A stretch of DNA of 64,000 bases. Source: a virus. The stretch lies in IMG/VR virus record IMGVR_UViG_3300033148_003679, positions 1-64,000 of that record; one strand, written 5' to 3'. A model generated the notes under the pieces. That model had not been told where the DNA came from. It saw nothing but the letters and a program-made list of their open reading frames with translations, and did not search any database. The stretch's first letter is position 1. Every line of letters starts with the position of its first letter. Shown one piece after another: positions 31,435 to 42,164 of the stretch. The translations under genes were made by a program, and so were the position numbers.

Positions 31435-31852
31435 TGTCAAGAGAAAACAGGTTGACGCACCTTTTGTCAACAGATAACAGGAAACAGGTTGCACTGGTAG
31501 TTGTCAAGAGAAGGGTTTGCACTTGTTTACTAGTTTCTGGTGTATGTCAAGGGAGTGGTTTGCGCTGGGAGGGTACGAGGTTGTCAACTGTTTACATTAT
31601 TCTGTTCTGGTTGTAGGTGTCAAGGAAGGAGTTGCGGTGTCTATTGCTGGTGTTTGTCAAGAGAAGAGTTTGCGTTTGTTTTAGCAGTTCTAGTAAGAGA
31701 GAGGGTTGAGCGCGGAAAGTATGAAAATGTATGTACTTGTCAAGAGAAAAGGTTGTACTGGTTGTAGTGGTGGTAGTAGTGGTTGTCAAGTATAGAGGTT
31801 GCATGCGGGTGGAACGCGGTATGGTGAGGTAGTGTCAAGAAATGAGCGTGCA
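31435..31852. repeat. Array of 10 TGTCAA motifs at the strand switch
   Basis: TGTCAA at 31435, 31465, 31502, 31545, 31582, 31618, 31655, 31738, 31784 and 31833. Confidence 0.75.
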
Positions 31853-32152
31853 ATGGCTGGTTTAGAGTGGAGCAAGTATCGTGCCGTGGCGTGAGGGACG
31901 CGAGGTTGGCGCGTAGCAGGCGAACTCGAAAACGCTATATGATCTATCGCTGAAATCTGGTAAACTTGGGTATGATACTTGCTAGCGGCAGCAAGAAACA
32001 TACCAGTCGAATCCGACCAGGGCAAGAGCACTTGAGCCGGCATAAACCGTTGATATTACTGTACTTATGGCAGAAACGCTCAAAAGGGCACGATATGCGG
32101 TATGTTTGATAGCTATGTAACTTGTTGAGTGGTAAGGACTTACAGATTCGGC

Positions 32153-32181
32153 TTGACAACGCATACAGGGCGTGGTATAAT
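32153..32181 (+). promoter_or_regulatory. Consensus sigma70 promoter
   Basis: TTGACA-17-TATAAT with extended -10 TG. Confidence 0.8.
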
Positions 32182-32213
32182 TAGGTATGATGAAGATGAT
32201 GAAATGAAAGGAG

Positions 32214-32480
32214 GTGAGATTGATGGAGAACCAAAGCGCAAAGGTAGCAAAAAGGAGAAAGATTATGATAACCACTGAGTATATTGAAGGAGTTAGTGAA
32301 AGAGTCAAGGCGTCTTATCGCACCGCATGGAACTACTTCAGAGATATAAGAGATGACGCGACACGCGCAGAATTGAAAGCGGTGGGAACGCGGATTGACC
32401 GATACAGGGATCAGCTTGCAACGCTTGAGCATATGCGCCAAGTGAAGTTGTTGAATATGGGATCAGACAAAAGGAGGTGA
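32214..32480 (+). CDS. Hypothetical protein
   Basis: First ORF after the promoter; AAGGAG-type RBS. Start uncertain. Confidence 0.5.
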   Translation: MRLMENQSAKVAKRRKIMITTEYIEGVSERVKASYRTAWNYFRDIRDDATRAELKAVGTRIDRYRDQLATLEHMRQVKLLNMGSDKRR

Positions 32481-32737
32481 ACGAAATGAAAGACGTGAAA
32501 GAGATTAAGGTAGCGGTATGGGCAGAGCAAACGGGTTTTCGTGCAGGCACGCGATGCCTCGACACGGATCTCTATGACGACGACAACGATGATGTGAACG
32601 TCTACCGAGGCACCGCGAAAGAGCTACTTGATGTTGCAGCCGCCTACCGTCGGAACGCGGCACAGGACGCTGCTCATACCCACACGTACGAACTGCGAGT
32701 TGCACGAATTCTAGAGGAAGAAGTAGCAAATACTTGA
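32477..32737 (+). CDS. Hypothetical protein
   Basis: AGGAGG RBS; overlaps the previous stop. Confidence 0.55.
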   Translation: MNEMKDVKEIKVAVWAEQTGFRAGTRCLDTDLYDDDNDDVNVYRGTAKELLDVAAAYRRNAAQDAAHTHTYELRVARILEEEVANT

Positions 32738-32781
32738 AAACTCGACACTGGATCACTGGATTAGCTGGACCAGAAAGTTTA

Positions 32782-32965
32782 GATTACATTTGTAATCCAA
32801 TAAGACAGTGACTATAGTTATAGTTTACAACTATGGTCATAGTTCACGACTATGATTATAGTTCATACTTGGAGAATGAAGTAAAGAGAGGACACGAAAA
32901 CGTAATTTGGTTGCAGAAACGTAATTCGATTACGAGAATGTAATCTGGTTACGAGAATGTAATCT
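32782..32965. promoter_or_regulatory. Palindromic operator-like cluster
   Basis: GATTACATTTGTAATC, three ACTAT-N4-ATAGT at a 19-nt period, and GTAAT...TTAC repeats. Confidence 0.6.
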
Positions 32966-33014
32966 GCGCCTTGTGTGCCTTGTGCGTGTGCCTTGTGCTG
33001 CACGTAAACTCAAT

Positions 33015-33043
33015 TTGACAAACAGTACTGAATGTGGTATAAT
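33015..33043 (+). promoter_or_regulatory. Consensus sigma70 promoter
   Basis: TTGACA-17-TATAAT. Confidence 0.8.
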
Positions 33044-33111
33044 ATATGTAAGGAAGAAGAAAAACAACCAGACGAATTAGAATGCCAAGGACAAGGAGGT
33101 GAAATAGAGAA

Positions 33112-33438
33112 ATGGATGAACAGAAAGAGAAACAAGTGTTTATGGCAGAGCCAAACACAACACCCGACCAAATTGTAAAACTGAGATACTGTGACATACC
33201 GAGTGAAGCTACTGCCGGTATACTGTTGATCGACGACAATCAAGAACTCAGTGTCAAAGACAAGGCATTACGCACATTGAAGATTGAACGACGTGACGGT
33301 GACTCGCACCTAAAAGCGTGGATTCGCGCAATGTGTATAGAGAACGGATTCGAGTATACCGAACCTGCGCCACGTGAAATTACAGACTCGATTCTTAATA
33401 ATGCTGCTGCTAGTCGGTTTATGTTCGTCATTGCATAA
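33112..33438 (+). CDS. Hypothetical protein
   Basis: AAGGAGGTG RBS. Confidence 0.6.
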   Translation: MDEQKEKQVFMAEPNTTPDQIVKLRYCDIPSEATAGILLIDDNQELSVKDKALRTLKIERRDGDSHLKAWIRAMCIENGFEYTEPAPREITDSILNNAAASRFMFVIA

Positions 33439-34133
33439 ACAAGGAATTTAGAAGTACAAGGAGGTGAATAGAGAAATGAACAAAAATCAGCAACAGACAA
33501 TTCAAGAAATGATAGGTCGTCGTGTTCGTGTAAACGATTATGGTGATATATATCATGGCAAAGTTTATGCAATTGTGCAAGGACCAAGCGATGAGCCTGT
33601 GGTACGTCTTCGATTGGATGACTCAAACATGAGGTTTGAAGCATTATTGAGCGAATGTGCTAGAGTAAGTTGACTTGTATATGTCAGATATAGACGTAAA
33701 CCGTTTTACCCGTATAAGGTGACACAAAAAATGAATAGCAACAAGCAGGATACGACAATCGAAGAGTGTATGCCACAGGACTGGGCAGAGTGTCAGTATT
33801 GCGGTACTTTGTTTCTGACAATCGACAAGGCAGACATGTTCTGCTCGGAAGATTGCGAAATCCGGCACGATTGTCTGGATGAGGACTATAGCTAACGAGG
33901 ACTATAGCTAACAGAGAGGAGCACCAGAAAATGGACCAGAAACAACTCCAGAAATGCGCCTATTGCAAACGATTATTTGAGCTCGACGACTGGTCGGACG
34001 TTTACTGCTCACCCGAATGCGAAGAACAGGCAGCTTTGAGCGCAACATGCGACGCAGAACTGGTTTACAATCTGATGGAGTCAATCGGTTTGAGCTATTC
34101 AGACGCAGTTTCGATCACGATATCGTAGCAACT

Positions 34134-34189
34134 ATTACACTTGTAATACAACAACGACTATGGTCATAGTTCACGACTATAATTATAGT
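34134..34189. promoter_or_regulatory. Second copy of the operator-like module
   Basis: ATTACACTTGTAAT plus two ACTAT-N4-ATAGT. Confidence 0.6.
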
Positions 34190-34418
34190 TCAACCACGAA
34201 ATTGTGGTTAGGGCATGTAAATGGTTGGACGTGTGTGCCTTGTATGTGGCGCACATACGTTTGTGTGTATATTTTACATGTGTATACTTTGTGTGTGCCT
34301 TGTATACAGTTCACATGTATACAGAATTGAGGTTGGAATGAACCGTGCATTCTTGACAGGTATAGTTGTGTGCGTTGTGTTGTGTGAGCGAACATGAAAT
34401 TGAGAGGAGTAGCCATAA

Positions 34419-34748
34419 ATGAAGCACAAACAATACTTGAAAGTTGGCAAGATGGCAAGTGGTGAAGAAGCATGTGTTACTGTTTCACTTGTTACGTCAG
34501 CCTTGGGGGATTATTGGACAGCGCGGAGGTTGAAACGAGATCTCGACCCTGACAGTCTGTTTGGTGAAACAATTGACAAAACAGTGGACTATATTGAGTA
34601 TACTCCATCTGACAGTCCGTTGCGACATCCGAAAGTTCAAGAGTTACTTGCTAGTATTGTGGATGTGGTAAGTGAAGGTTGGCAGGAGCCAAGAGCACCA
34701 GCATGGATCGCGTTTGATCTTGGCTGGACACCGAACACAGAAAGCTAA
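34419..34748 (+). CDS. Hypothetical protein
   Basis: AGGAG RBS; 109 aa. Confidence 0.55.
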   Translation: MKHKQYLKVGKMASGEEACVTVSLVTSALGDYWTARRLKRDLDPDSLFGETIDKTVDYIEYTPSDSPLRHPKVQELLASIVDVVSEGWQEPRAPAWIAFDLGWTPNTES

Positions 34749-34768
34749 CAGAGAAGGAGATTAAGGAA

Positions 34769-35413
34769 ATGAAGGTCGTACTAACAAAAAGTCAGTTACA
34801 CATTATTGGCGGTGCACTTACGGAAGGAGAACTTGTACTTAGAAACGTACACATTACTCCACAGTTTTTAGAGGTCATAAACGGAAATACATGGTCGAGA
34901 GTATACATTGACGAAGGTATGGCCCGAGCCGAAGCTGTACCTGGTGATAATGAGCCGGAAAGCATTCTTCTTTGCGTTGACGATTTGCGAGACGCGCAGA
35001 AGTTAGCAAAACAGACTGGTAAAGTTCAACGGGTTGTAGTGATCACGGCAACAGAACATGACAAACCTGTTGAGATCTCGATTGTCGAGATTAGTAGTGG
35101 AGTTGTTTTATCTCTTGAAACGGTCGAAGAGTTTGGCAAAGTAAAGTCTCGGTCAATAGTTGATGTACCGGTTGGATCGTACCCCGATATTGTCAAAAGT
35201 TATCCACTTGACTATGACGATAGAGATTTTGCAATTGCACGTCTTGACGCTGGTTTGTTGATCAATTTACTTTGCTCAACGCAAGCTAAGCATATAGATT
35301 TTATGATCCGGGCTAATCCTGTTGAGAGAAATAGTGTTATACGGATTCGCAATCGCAATGTCAATACTAATGACCCGAGATTTGAAGCTATACTTATGCC
35401 GGTCAGGACTTGA
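34769..35413 (+). CDS. Sliding (beta) clamp-like protein, truncated
   Basis: VINGN, GSYPDI, LDAGLL and terminal AILMPVR resemble DnaN domains II-III. Confidence 0.55.
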   Translation: MKVVLTKSQLHIIGGALTEGELVLRNVHITPQFLEVINGNTWSRVYIDEGMARAEAVPGDNEPESILLCVDDLRDAQKLAKQTGKVQRVVVITATEHDKPVEISIVEISSGVVLSLETVEEFGKVKSRSIVDVPVGSYPDIVKSYPLDYDDRDFAIARLDAGLLINLLCSTQAKHIDFMIRANPVERNSVIRIRNRNVNTNDPRFEAILMPVRT

Positions 35414-35707
35414 TTAAAGCGCGAAAAGTGAAAGGAGAATTTGAGATAATGGCAACAGAGAAGATTGAGCGCAAGTCTACAGAACTAGTCCAGAGCGGAG
35501 AAACTTATATAAGGAAACATATAGCACATAAACTGCTAGTGTTGTGTGCTTTTTGCCATGAACCGTTGGAATGGACACAAGGTGATTTTTGGTATTTGTC
35601 GCCGGACGATAGCGTGAGGTGTCCTGTGTGTGGAAACAGGATCCCTGTTCGCGAGTTGCAGTGGTAGAACGTTAGCAGGCAGATTGCTGACAAAAGGAGA
35701 CAGGACA

Positions 35708-36166
35708 ATGGAAGCATTTAGAAAGGTGGTACGTATTGGAACGAGTGAAACATATGGCGGTAGACGGTACTCTGTATATTGTAAGATCGAATATGATGAG
35801 AACGGTAGATTTACAATATCCGGGGTTGAGGGTCCGCTTGCAAACGGAAGATGGCTGGGTGGTTGTGGTCAGATTAACGCGCACGATTGGAATATAGTCA
35901 AATATGCTCCGGGCTGGAATGAATCGAAAGAAATGGAGTTCCGTAAAATATGGGAAAGATGGCATCTCAACGATTTGACACTCATGTGTGAACATCAACG
36001 CGCACGCGGTGAGACTTACCCAACGCATCCGAATGCCATATGCCCTGAATGCGGGTATGCACCCGGTACCCAATCGTTGTTTGAAGATGTACCTGACAAT
36101 GTGCTGCGGTGGTTGCAGGATTTGCCAGACGCTGATCGTGTCCCTGCCTGGGTGTCATTGACATGA
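35708..36166 (+). CDS. Conserved phage hypothetical protein
   Basis: GGCGQI, WERWHLND and CPECGY; AGGAG RBS. Confidence 0.6.
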   Translation: MEAFRKVVRIGTSETYGGRRYSVYCKIEYDENGRFTISGVEGPLANGRWLGGCGQINAHDWNIVKYAPGWNESKEMEFRKIWERWHLNDLTLMCEHQRARGETYPTHPNAICPECGYAPGTQSLFEDVPDNVLRWLQDLPDADRVPAWVSLT

Positions 36167-36347
36167 ATTGCCGTTAGGATAAGGCAAGATATTTCTATGT
36201 AAAAGAGAAGTGTAGACGACCGACTGCAAAGAACATGGCAAGGGACTATGCCGAAACGTGTGTGCCTATGTGTGCATAACTGTGTGTGTACTTGTGTGTG
36301 TACTGGACATGTGCTATGCGTATGCAACTATATATATCTCGAATGAT

Positions 36348-36376
36348 TTGACTTTTTGCCGCGAATGTGGTATAAT
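36348..36376 (+). promoter_or_regulatory. Sigma70 promoter
   Basis: TTGACT-17-TATAAT. Confidence 0.7.
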
Positions 36377-36538
36377 AAGATATAAGAGTAGGTATAGGGG
36401 TGTGTAAATATGTGCGTATATACATAAGACCATGTGTGCTCTTATCTATAGAATGTAACAATGTAACAATGACATTCTATGGCAAAGAGAACCGAACTGT
36501 TTTTATTGCGTTGTGTGGTTACAAAAGAGGGTTGAACG

Positions 36539-36856
36539 ATGGACTTTCTGACGGATAATGAAAATCGGATATTGGCAGGAGGTTGCGGTCAGTTGGCTGT
36601 TATTGACACTGTTCCTCCAGACTGGCAGCAGTTACCAGATCATAGCTACGAGTATAGAGTATTAGACAGAAACGTACTCGCTGTTGTTTCAATAAACAGT
36701 GCTGTCGGAGATTGTGCAGTTTACATTGGTGCTGTGCCGGGCCATGACCATGACAATGAATGGCAAGCTGTCGCTGCGGTTGGTAGCAAGGTGAGCGAGA
36801 CAATTGCTCTGGCGATATTCCCGTGGCTGAAAGAGTATGAGTACAGAGATTTCTAA
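36539..36856 (+). CDS. Hypothetical protein
   Basis: ORF with RBS; AVYIGAVPG...GSKV. Confidence 0.55.
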   Translation: MDFLTDNENRILAGGCGQLAVIDTVPPDWQQLPDHSYEYRVLDRNVLAVVSINSAVGDCAVYIGAVPGHDHDNEWQAVAAVGSKVSETIALAIFPWLKEYEYRDF

Positions 36857-36896
36857 AAGATGAGAAAATGGTGGGCGTGAAAGGTTTTGCCGCGAC

Positions 36897-36926
36897 TTGA
36901 CAAATGGTACTCGAATGTGGTATAAT
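36897..36926 (+). promoter_or_regulatory. Sigma70 promoter
   Basis: TTGACA-18-TATAAT. Confidence 0.75.
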
Positions 36927-37340
36927 AGTAGTGCGGTGGTGGAAGATAATGTTACGAAGCTAGTGGAGAAGGGGATGTAACCATGGCAAAACATATAAAC
37001 AACTGGTACGAGATTTAGTAAAAAGGCAGAACAGATAAGGAGTACAGGGAAATGAAAATTTACTGTGAAGATTGTATATGGGTCAAACCAGCAGAAAATG
37101 TGCAACCAGGAAAAGAAATGCTCTTTGCCAAATGTGGTTGCCCGGAAGCTGGAGTAGGGCCATATGTTACGAGAAAAGAGAGTAAAGAATACTGTTCTGT
37201 TGTAAACCATTTTGGCCGATGCCGACACTATGAGTCTGAGTTTAGACCGCGGTTATCGGTATGGCATAGGTTGTTCTCGTTTCTGCACCGCGACAAACAG
37301 ATAGAACTCGGGAGTGTTACTATACGGAAAGGTGGTAACG

Positions 37341-37562
37341 ATGTTGTTGAATAGAAAGGCTGTAAAGGAGTATGCAAAAACGGTACGGCCAGGGATAAGG
37401 GTTAGTACAGACTATATCGAGGCGTTAAACAATAACGTTGCCGAGATAATAGCTGCCGATATACGTATTAACGGAGGTCGTAAGACATTAACGGGTGAGG
37501 TGATTCGGTATTGTAAGAAGTTCAATGCGTTAGCCACACCAAGACGGAGGAACAGACGATGA
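37341..37562 (+). CDS. Prokaryotic histone-fold protein
   Basis: MLLNRKAVKEYAK...IRVSTDYIEALNNNVAEII...NGGRKTL matches the histone-fold pattern (RVS loop, RKT motif). Confidence 0.6.
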   Translation: MLLNRKAVKEYAKTVRPGIRVSTDYIEALNNNVAEIIAADIRINGGRKTLTGEVIRYCKKFNALATPRRRNRR

Positions 37563-37984
37563 AAACCTGTACGGATTCTGTACCGAATTTTAGTATGAGC
37601 AATCTGGAATATGCAGACGAGTATAACGAACCGGCACTAACATTCGAGCAAGAGGATGAGGTTGCCGAAATGATGGAACAACAGAAAACGGCAGAATGTG
37701 AAATGTGTTTTGGACTCGAAGAGCATGGCAACATGATAACTCGACATTTCTATATTGGAGATACCCGCAGCTATCCCTACGAGATTCAACTATGTCCGAG
37801 ATGTTGTGACCGTTGGGACAACACTCCTACCGGCAACTATAACCGATGTATAGTCTGCCATGAAGGATGTTCTGTACCGGGCGAAGATTGTGTAGAAGTG
37901 GTCGCACATGAGATACCAGCGAACCAGCAACATGTATTTGTACGAGGTGTATTGTGTGCGGAATGTTGTGACAGAATGTTATGA
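37559..37984 (+). CDS. Cys-rich hypothetical protein
   Basis: Four CxxC pairs. Confidence 0.5.
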   Translation: MKTCTDSVPNFSMSNLEYADEYNEPALTFEQEDEVAEMMEQQKTAECEMCFGLEEHGNMITRHFYIGDTRSYPYEIQLCPRCCDRWDNTPTGNYNRCIVCHEGCSVPGEDCVEVVAHEIPANQQHVFVRGVLCAECCDRML

Positions 37985-38636
37985 CGTTTGGGAAAATGTG
38001 GTATAAGTAACGAGTAAAGGTAGGTGGGCATATGAAGTTTGTAAAGAAAGATTCAACACTGTCTCGGGTAGAAGTGACGCGAACATTTCTGGAACTGTCC
38101 GTGTCCGAACAGGTCAAGCTGTGGAGCGCACTTGAACTGCTCCAAAGGATAAAAGAACGGTTAGAAGCTGCTGGTTATGGTACAAGTTGTTGGATGTTTG
38201 ATGCGGGAGAAGTTGAGTGGCTTCGAGAACGATATGGTATAAATGGATTTGAGGTTGACTTTAGGCAAAAAGGAATAGAAGATGCAGAAGTTGCTGCTAT
38301 AGTGAAAAAGGTTATAGAAAATGACATGGATCGGACTGGGACGACGAGGAAAAAGGTAGGAGGTGATTCAGTGGCAAAATAACTACACGGCAAGTCTGTA
38401 TGTCTATAGCAAGCAAGAAACACGTACAAATAAGGAGTATATGTCATGTCTCTTTCAGAAGCGCGATATCTTTTACAGCTATCCCCACACGCTACATTAC
38501 GGCAGAGCGCATGTGCCGGTGAAGAGTCTCGGTGGTGTATTAGGTTAGTACCAGACGGTCCTGAAATATGGGGGTTTGACATGGGGTTGAAACGAATAAG
38601 AGAGACGCAAGAAACTCGGGATGTTCTTGTACCAGC

Positions 38637-38666
38637 TTGACAAACTGGTATGGTTTGTGGTATAAT
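38637..38666 (+). promoter_or_regulatory. Sigma70 promoter
   Basis: TTGACA-18-TATAAT. Confidence 0.75.
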
Positions 38667-39613
38667 AGGTGTGTAAGGTGGAAGCAGAAAGGAAATAAGT
38701 TCATGATTGATCGGAAACGATCTGCTTTCCTGATTCAAGATTGGCGGTCAACAGTACGGTTACGGCGTTTAGATTCGCAGTTACACCGAGAAATACGGGC
38801 GAACGCTGAACAGATAACTGAACTTCGTAAACAGCTGGAATCTCTTCGTGTACAACATCTTGCATTGTTAAAGTATATAGATGCAAGAGAGGAATAGGAC
38901 AATGGATAAACAAGAGTGGCGTACGTGGCCGAAAAATAAAGGCCCTAAAGATATATGGCTGTTAGAACGAAAGATACGTTTGCTACAACAAGGAATACAG
39001 GAAGCGAGTAAAGTAATAGAAAAGTTGGGAGAGATTTGCAAGTTAATGAACGAGAGGACGGAATCTCTTCGTGAAAAAAACCGTTCATTGTTAGAACAAT
39101 GGGATGATGCCCGGTCTCGGTATGTGGAAGAGACGTTAGCGTTGAGTAAAGAGAATGATCGATTAGCCAGAAAAGTAGAAGAACAGCGGGCAGTTATAGG
39201 TTTCTATGCAAGCGAATATCATTGTAGACGGCAAAGCGAAGGTGTGCAACAAGACGATTCCGAGAGACTTTTGTGTTGGTGTAATGATGAACTTGGTCGA
39301 GAAGATTTCGTCGGAATCAAGAGGACACGGAACAATGATACAGGTTAAAGTCGATATAGAAGGTGTACAAGTTGCAATTGTAAATATCGTGGATATTGGG
39401 TGGAAATTAGGATGTAACGGTTTTGGCTATTATGGGATAAAAGGGTACGAATTTCGGAATGAGTTCGGTTCCCAGTTCGGTTCTCTTAGAGAATACACTG
39501 CTGAAGGGCGGTTACTTTATGCTCGTGACGACGAACCTATACCGATACTTGAATTTGTACTGGCAGTATTAAAAGAGTTAACCAAAATACCAAAAAAGGA
39601 ATAGTTAAATAAA

Positions 39614-39976
39614 ATGGATGAAAAGCTTCAGAACAAGTTGTTTAAGATTATATTGACAACATTACTTTTATCTTGGATTTGTACAAGTTCCCTATTTCTT
39701 GCTTGTATACGTCTTGATAAAAAAGTTACAGAACTCAGTGCCACATATTACGAGACGCAAGCGGAATATGAAACTACACGTCTGGCGGATCTGTCTGCGT
39801 ATCATGCTGAGATTAAAGCCGTTCAAGACGCACAAAACGAGTTTAGCCAAGAGGTGCAAAAAAGGTTTGATGCGCTCATAGTGACAGAAAACGAACATAT
39901 TGCTATAACAGAAAAGCTCACAGAACTTGTAAAGAAGATTGCAAAAGAGAACGACGAAATGGAAAAATGGAGGTAG
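39614..39976 (+). CDS. TM-anchored coiled-coil protein
   Basis: N-terminal hydrophobic helix followed by heptad-like sequence. Confidence 0.5.
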   Translation: MDEKLQNKLFKIILTTLLLSWICTSSLFLACIRLDKKVTELSATYYETQAEYETTRLADLSAYHAEIKAVQDAQNEFSQEVQKRFDALIVTENEHIAITEKLTELVKKIAKENDEMEKWR

Positions 39977-41035
39977 AAACGATGGCTGGCATGAATATCG
40001 CGTTCACACAACAGGAAGCCTTGTACGAAGCTGACGATATAATCTTTCGACTTAACCAGGCATTATCTATACACGATGCCAGACTCGTTTATGAAGCTCG
40101 GAAAAGTTTACAACAGTTGGTTAACGATCTGTTCGAGTCCGGTCTCTACAGTGGCAGTCTACGCGATGTCCTGACAAAAATCGATTATAACTTGTGGGTT
40201 GAACATATGAATTTTGTTTGACAGGATTGGTGCTAACGACAAATCTATAGTAGTAATCGAAGATGGTGAAGTTCTTGAAGTGCGTCAACTCGTTATAACA
40301 GGAGATAGCTAGAGATGACAGAGTTTTTTGGACAACCAATAAAGACATGGGGTGGATTGAAGTTTTGGAAGGGTAAATCCAAAGGGTTTAAGAATATGAA
40401 CGACGTACTGGTAGAACGAATAGAGAAGTTGGAGACAAGGATAAGGTCTCTTGAAAAGTCTGCTCCATGTGTTTGTGACCATTGTGGAAAACCGGCTATT
40501 GTGAGATATGACGCTGTAAGCTGGGAAATTCCTCTTCAGCTAACACTATTACTGTCTGGAAAATGGCAGAGTAAAGCTAGAGTTGTCTTACATTATGACT
40601 GTGTTGGAAGGTCAAAACAAAACAGGCGAAAGAAAGACAGACGTGCAAAAAGTACCTACAGTCCAAACGATAGACGTGTTGCTAACAGACGACGACGGCA
40701 GAAGAAAGTTACACGTAAACCGAAACCGAAATAGTCTAACAAGGCAAGACAAAAAGAGGATATAGATATGAGTTTCTTTTATGCTACTCGATCTCCGCGA
40801 CATCGTGCTCATGAAGTGTATAGGTTCAGATCGAGAGAGTCTCGTTCTGAATGGGTTCGGAAATTAAAAGGTAAATCTGTCCGGCCACAGAACCCGATTG
40901 TGCGGTACGCCGTAAAAGAGAATGATTGGACTTGGCGTGGATCTGCTGGCAACAAGTACCAGATTGCTTATGTTGGTAAATATGTAGTAGAACAATAGTT
41001 GAACGTTGTATGTAAATAAGTATACAGGAAAGTAG

Positions 41036-41506
41036 GTGGTATATAGAATGGATGATATGCAGGCAATTGTTCGTAAAATGGTTGTGTCTGTTGTAGACGA
41101 CCGAATGCAAGGTATAAATGTTCAGCTCAAAACATTGTGCCGGAAAATTTCGGTTATTTGTAACGAGTTGCAGTCTGTTCATGAAAAGAAACTTGAACGT
41201 ATTCGGGAAATAGCAACGAGCGACAAAGAGGGTGTACGAGCTACAGATATAAGCGAATCTGTCCGAGACGTGTTTGCAGACTTTTTTGACAGTAAAGACG
41301 ATCCTTTGGCAGACGTTGTTTCTAAACGGTCTGACAAAAAAGAGGATGACGGCAAGAAAGTTAAACCTGGTGTACTTGATATAGCGGAAACGAGTATAAA
41401 AAGTAAACCGACAAAACAGAATGTTGTACCTGCAAGCAGTTCGAGTTTAGCGTCTCAGTTTGGAAAGTTTGACGGTGGTAACGGCGAGATTCAGCAGATA
41501 GTGTGA
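41036..41506 (+). CDS. Hypothetical protein immediately upstream of the pentamer tracts
   Basis: 156-aa ORF ending 30 nt before tract 1. Confidence 0.5.
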   Translation: MVYRMDDMQAIVRKMVVSVVDDRMQGINVQLKTLCRKISVICNELQSVHEKKLERIREIATSDKEGVRATDISESVRDVFADFFDSKDDPLADVVSKRSDKKEDDGKKVKPGVLDIAETSIKSKPTKQNVVPASSSSLASQFGKFDGGNGEIQQIV

Positions 41507-41535
41507 GACGAGTGTAGAGTGTTATGTGATACATT

Positions 41536-41635
41536 GCAGTAGGGTGTGGTGAGGTCGGATAGGGTCGTGTCGGGTGAGGTAAGGTATGGTGCAATGGGGT
41601 AAGGTCAGGTGAGGTAAGGTGCGGTAGGGATTGGT
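41536..41635 (+). repeat. NN-GGY pentamer tract 1 (candidate guide RNA)
   Basis: About 20 in-phase units: gcagt agggt gtggt gaggt...gcggt aggga ttggt. Confidence 0.85.
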
Positions 41636-41690
41636 CTTTCTTCAATAAAGGAATGGTATTAGATAAAAGGAACGAAGTAAGCATTAGAAT

Positions 41691-41845
41691 TTGATAGAGT
41701 AATGTCAAGTAGAGTCGGGTCTGGTCAGGTGCGGTGATGCAAGGTGAGGTGCGGTCGGGTTAAGTACGGTGCGGTGTGGTCATGTCGGGTACGGTCTGGT
41801 GCGGTGCGGTCGGATCTGGTGCGGTAAGATAAGGTGAGGTAAGGT
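41691..41845 (+). repeat. NN-GGY pentamer tract 2
   Basis: About 31 in-phase units with a degenerate 5' end. Confidence 0.85.
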
Positions 41846-41910
41846 TACTTTTTTTCTAGTAAAGGAATGATAGGCAGTAAAGGAGTGCAAATTAGAGTGT
41901 AACATTCAAT

Positions 41911-42025
41911 ATGGTGAGGTATGATAGGGTGGAGCGGGGTCTGGTCGGGTCCGGTCAGGTATGGTGTGGTATGGCGAGGTCCGGTATGGTCAGGTGAGGT
42001 ATGGTACGGTGCGGTGGGGTAGGGT
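41911..42025 (+). repeat. NN-GGY pentamer tract 3
   Basis: 23 in-phase units. Confidence 0.85.
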
Positions 42026-42164
42026 TTGGAACACAAACTCACAATGACCATGATAAAATGCGATGGCAAGTACAAAGAAAGGAGAACGCTTATAAGACAA
42101 CGAATGTGGTGTGGTTGGTTTTGGGAATAGAAGAACGAAAAATAAGTAGAAAGGTAGGTAGCCA

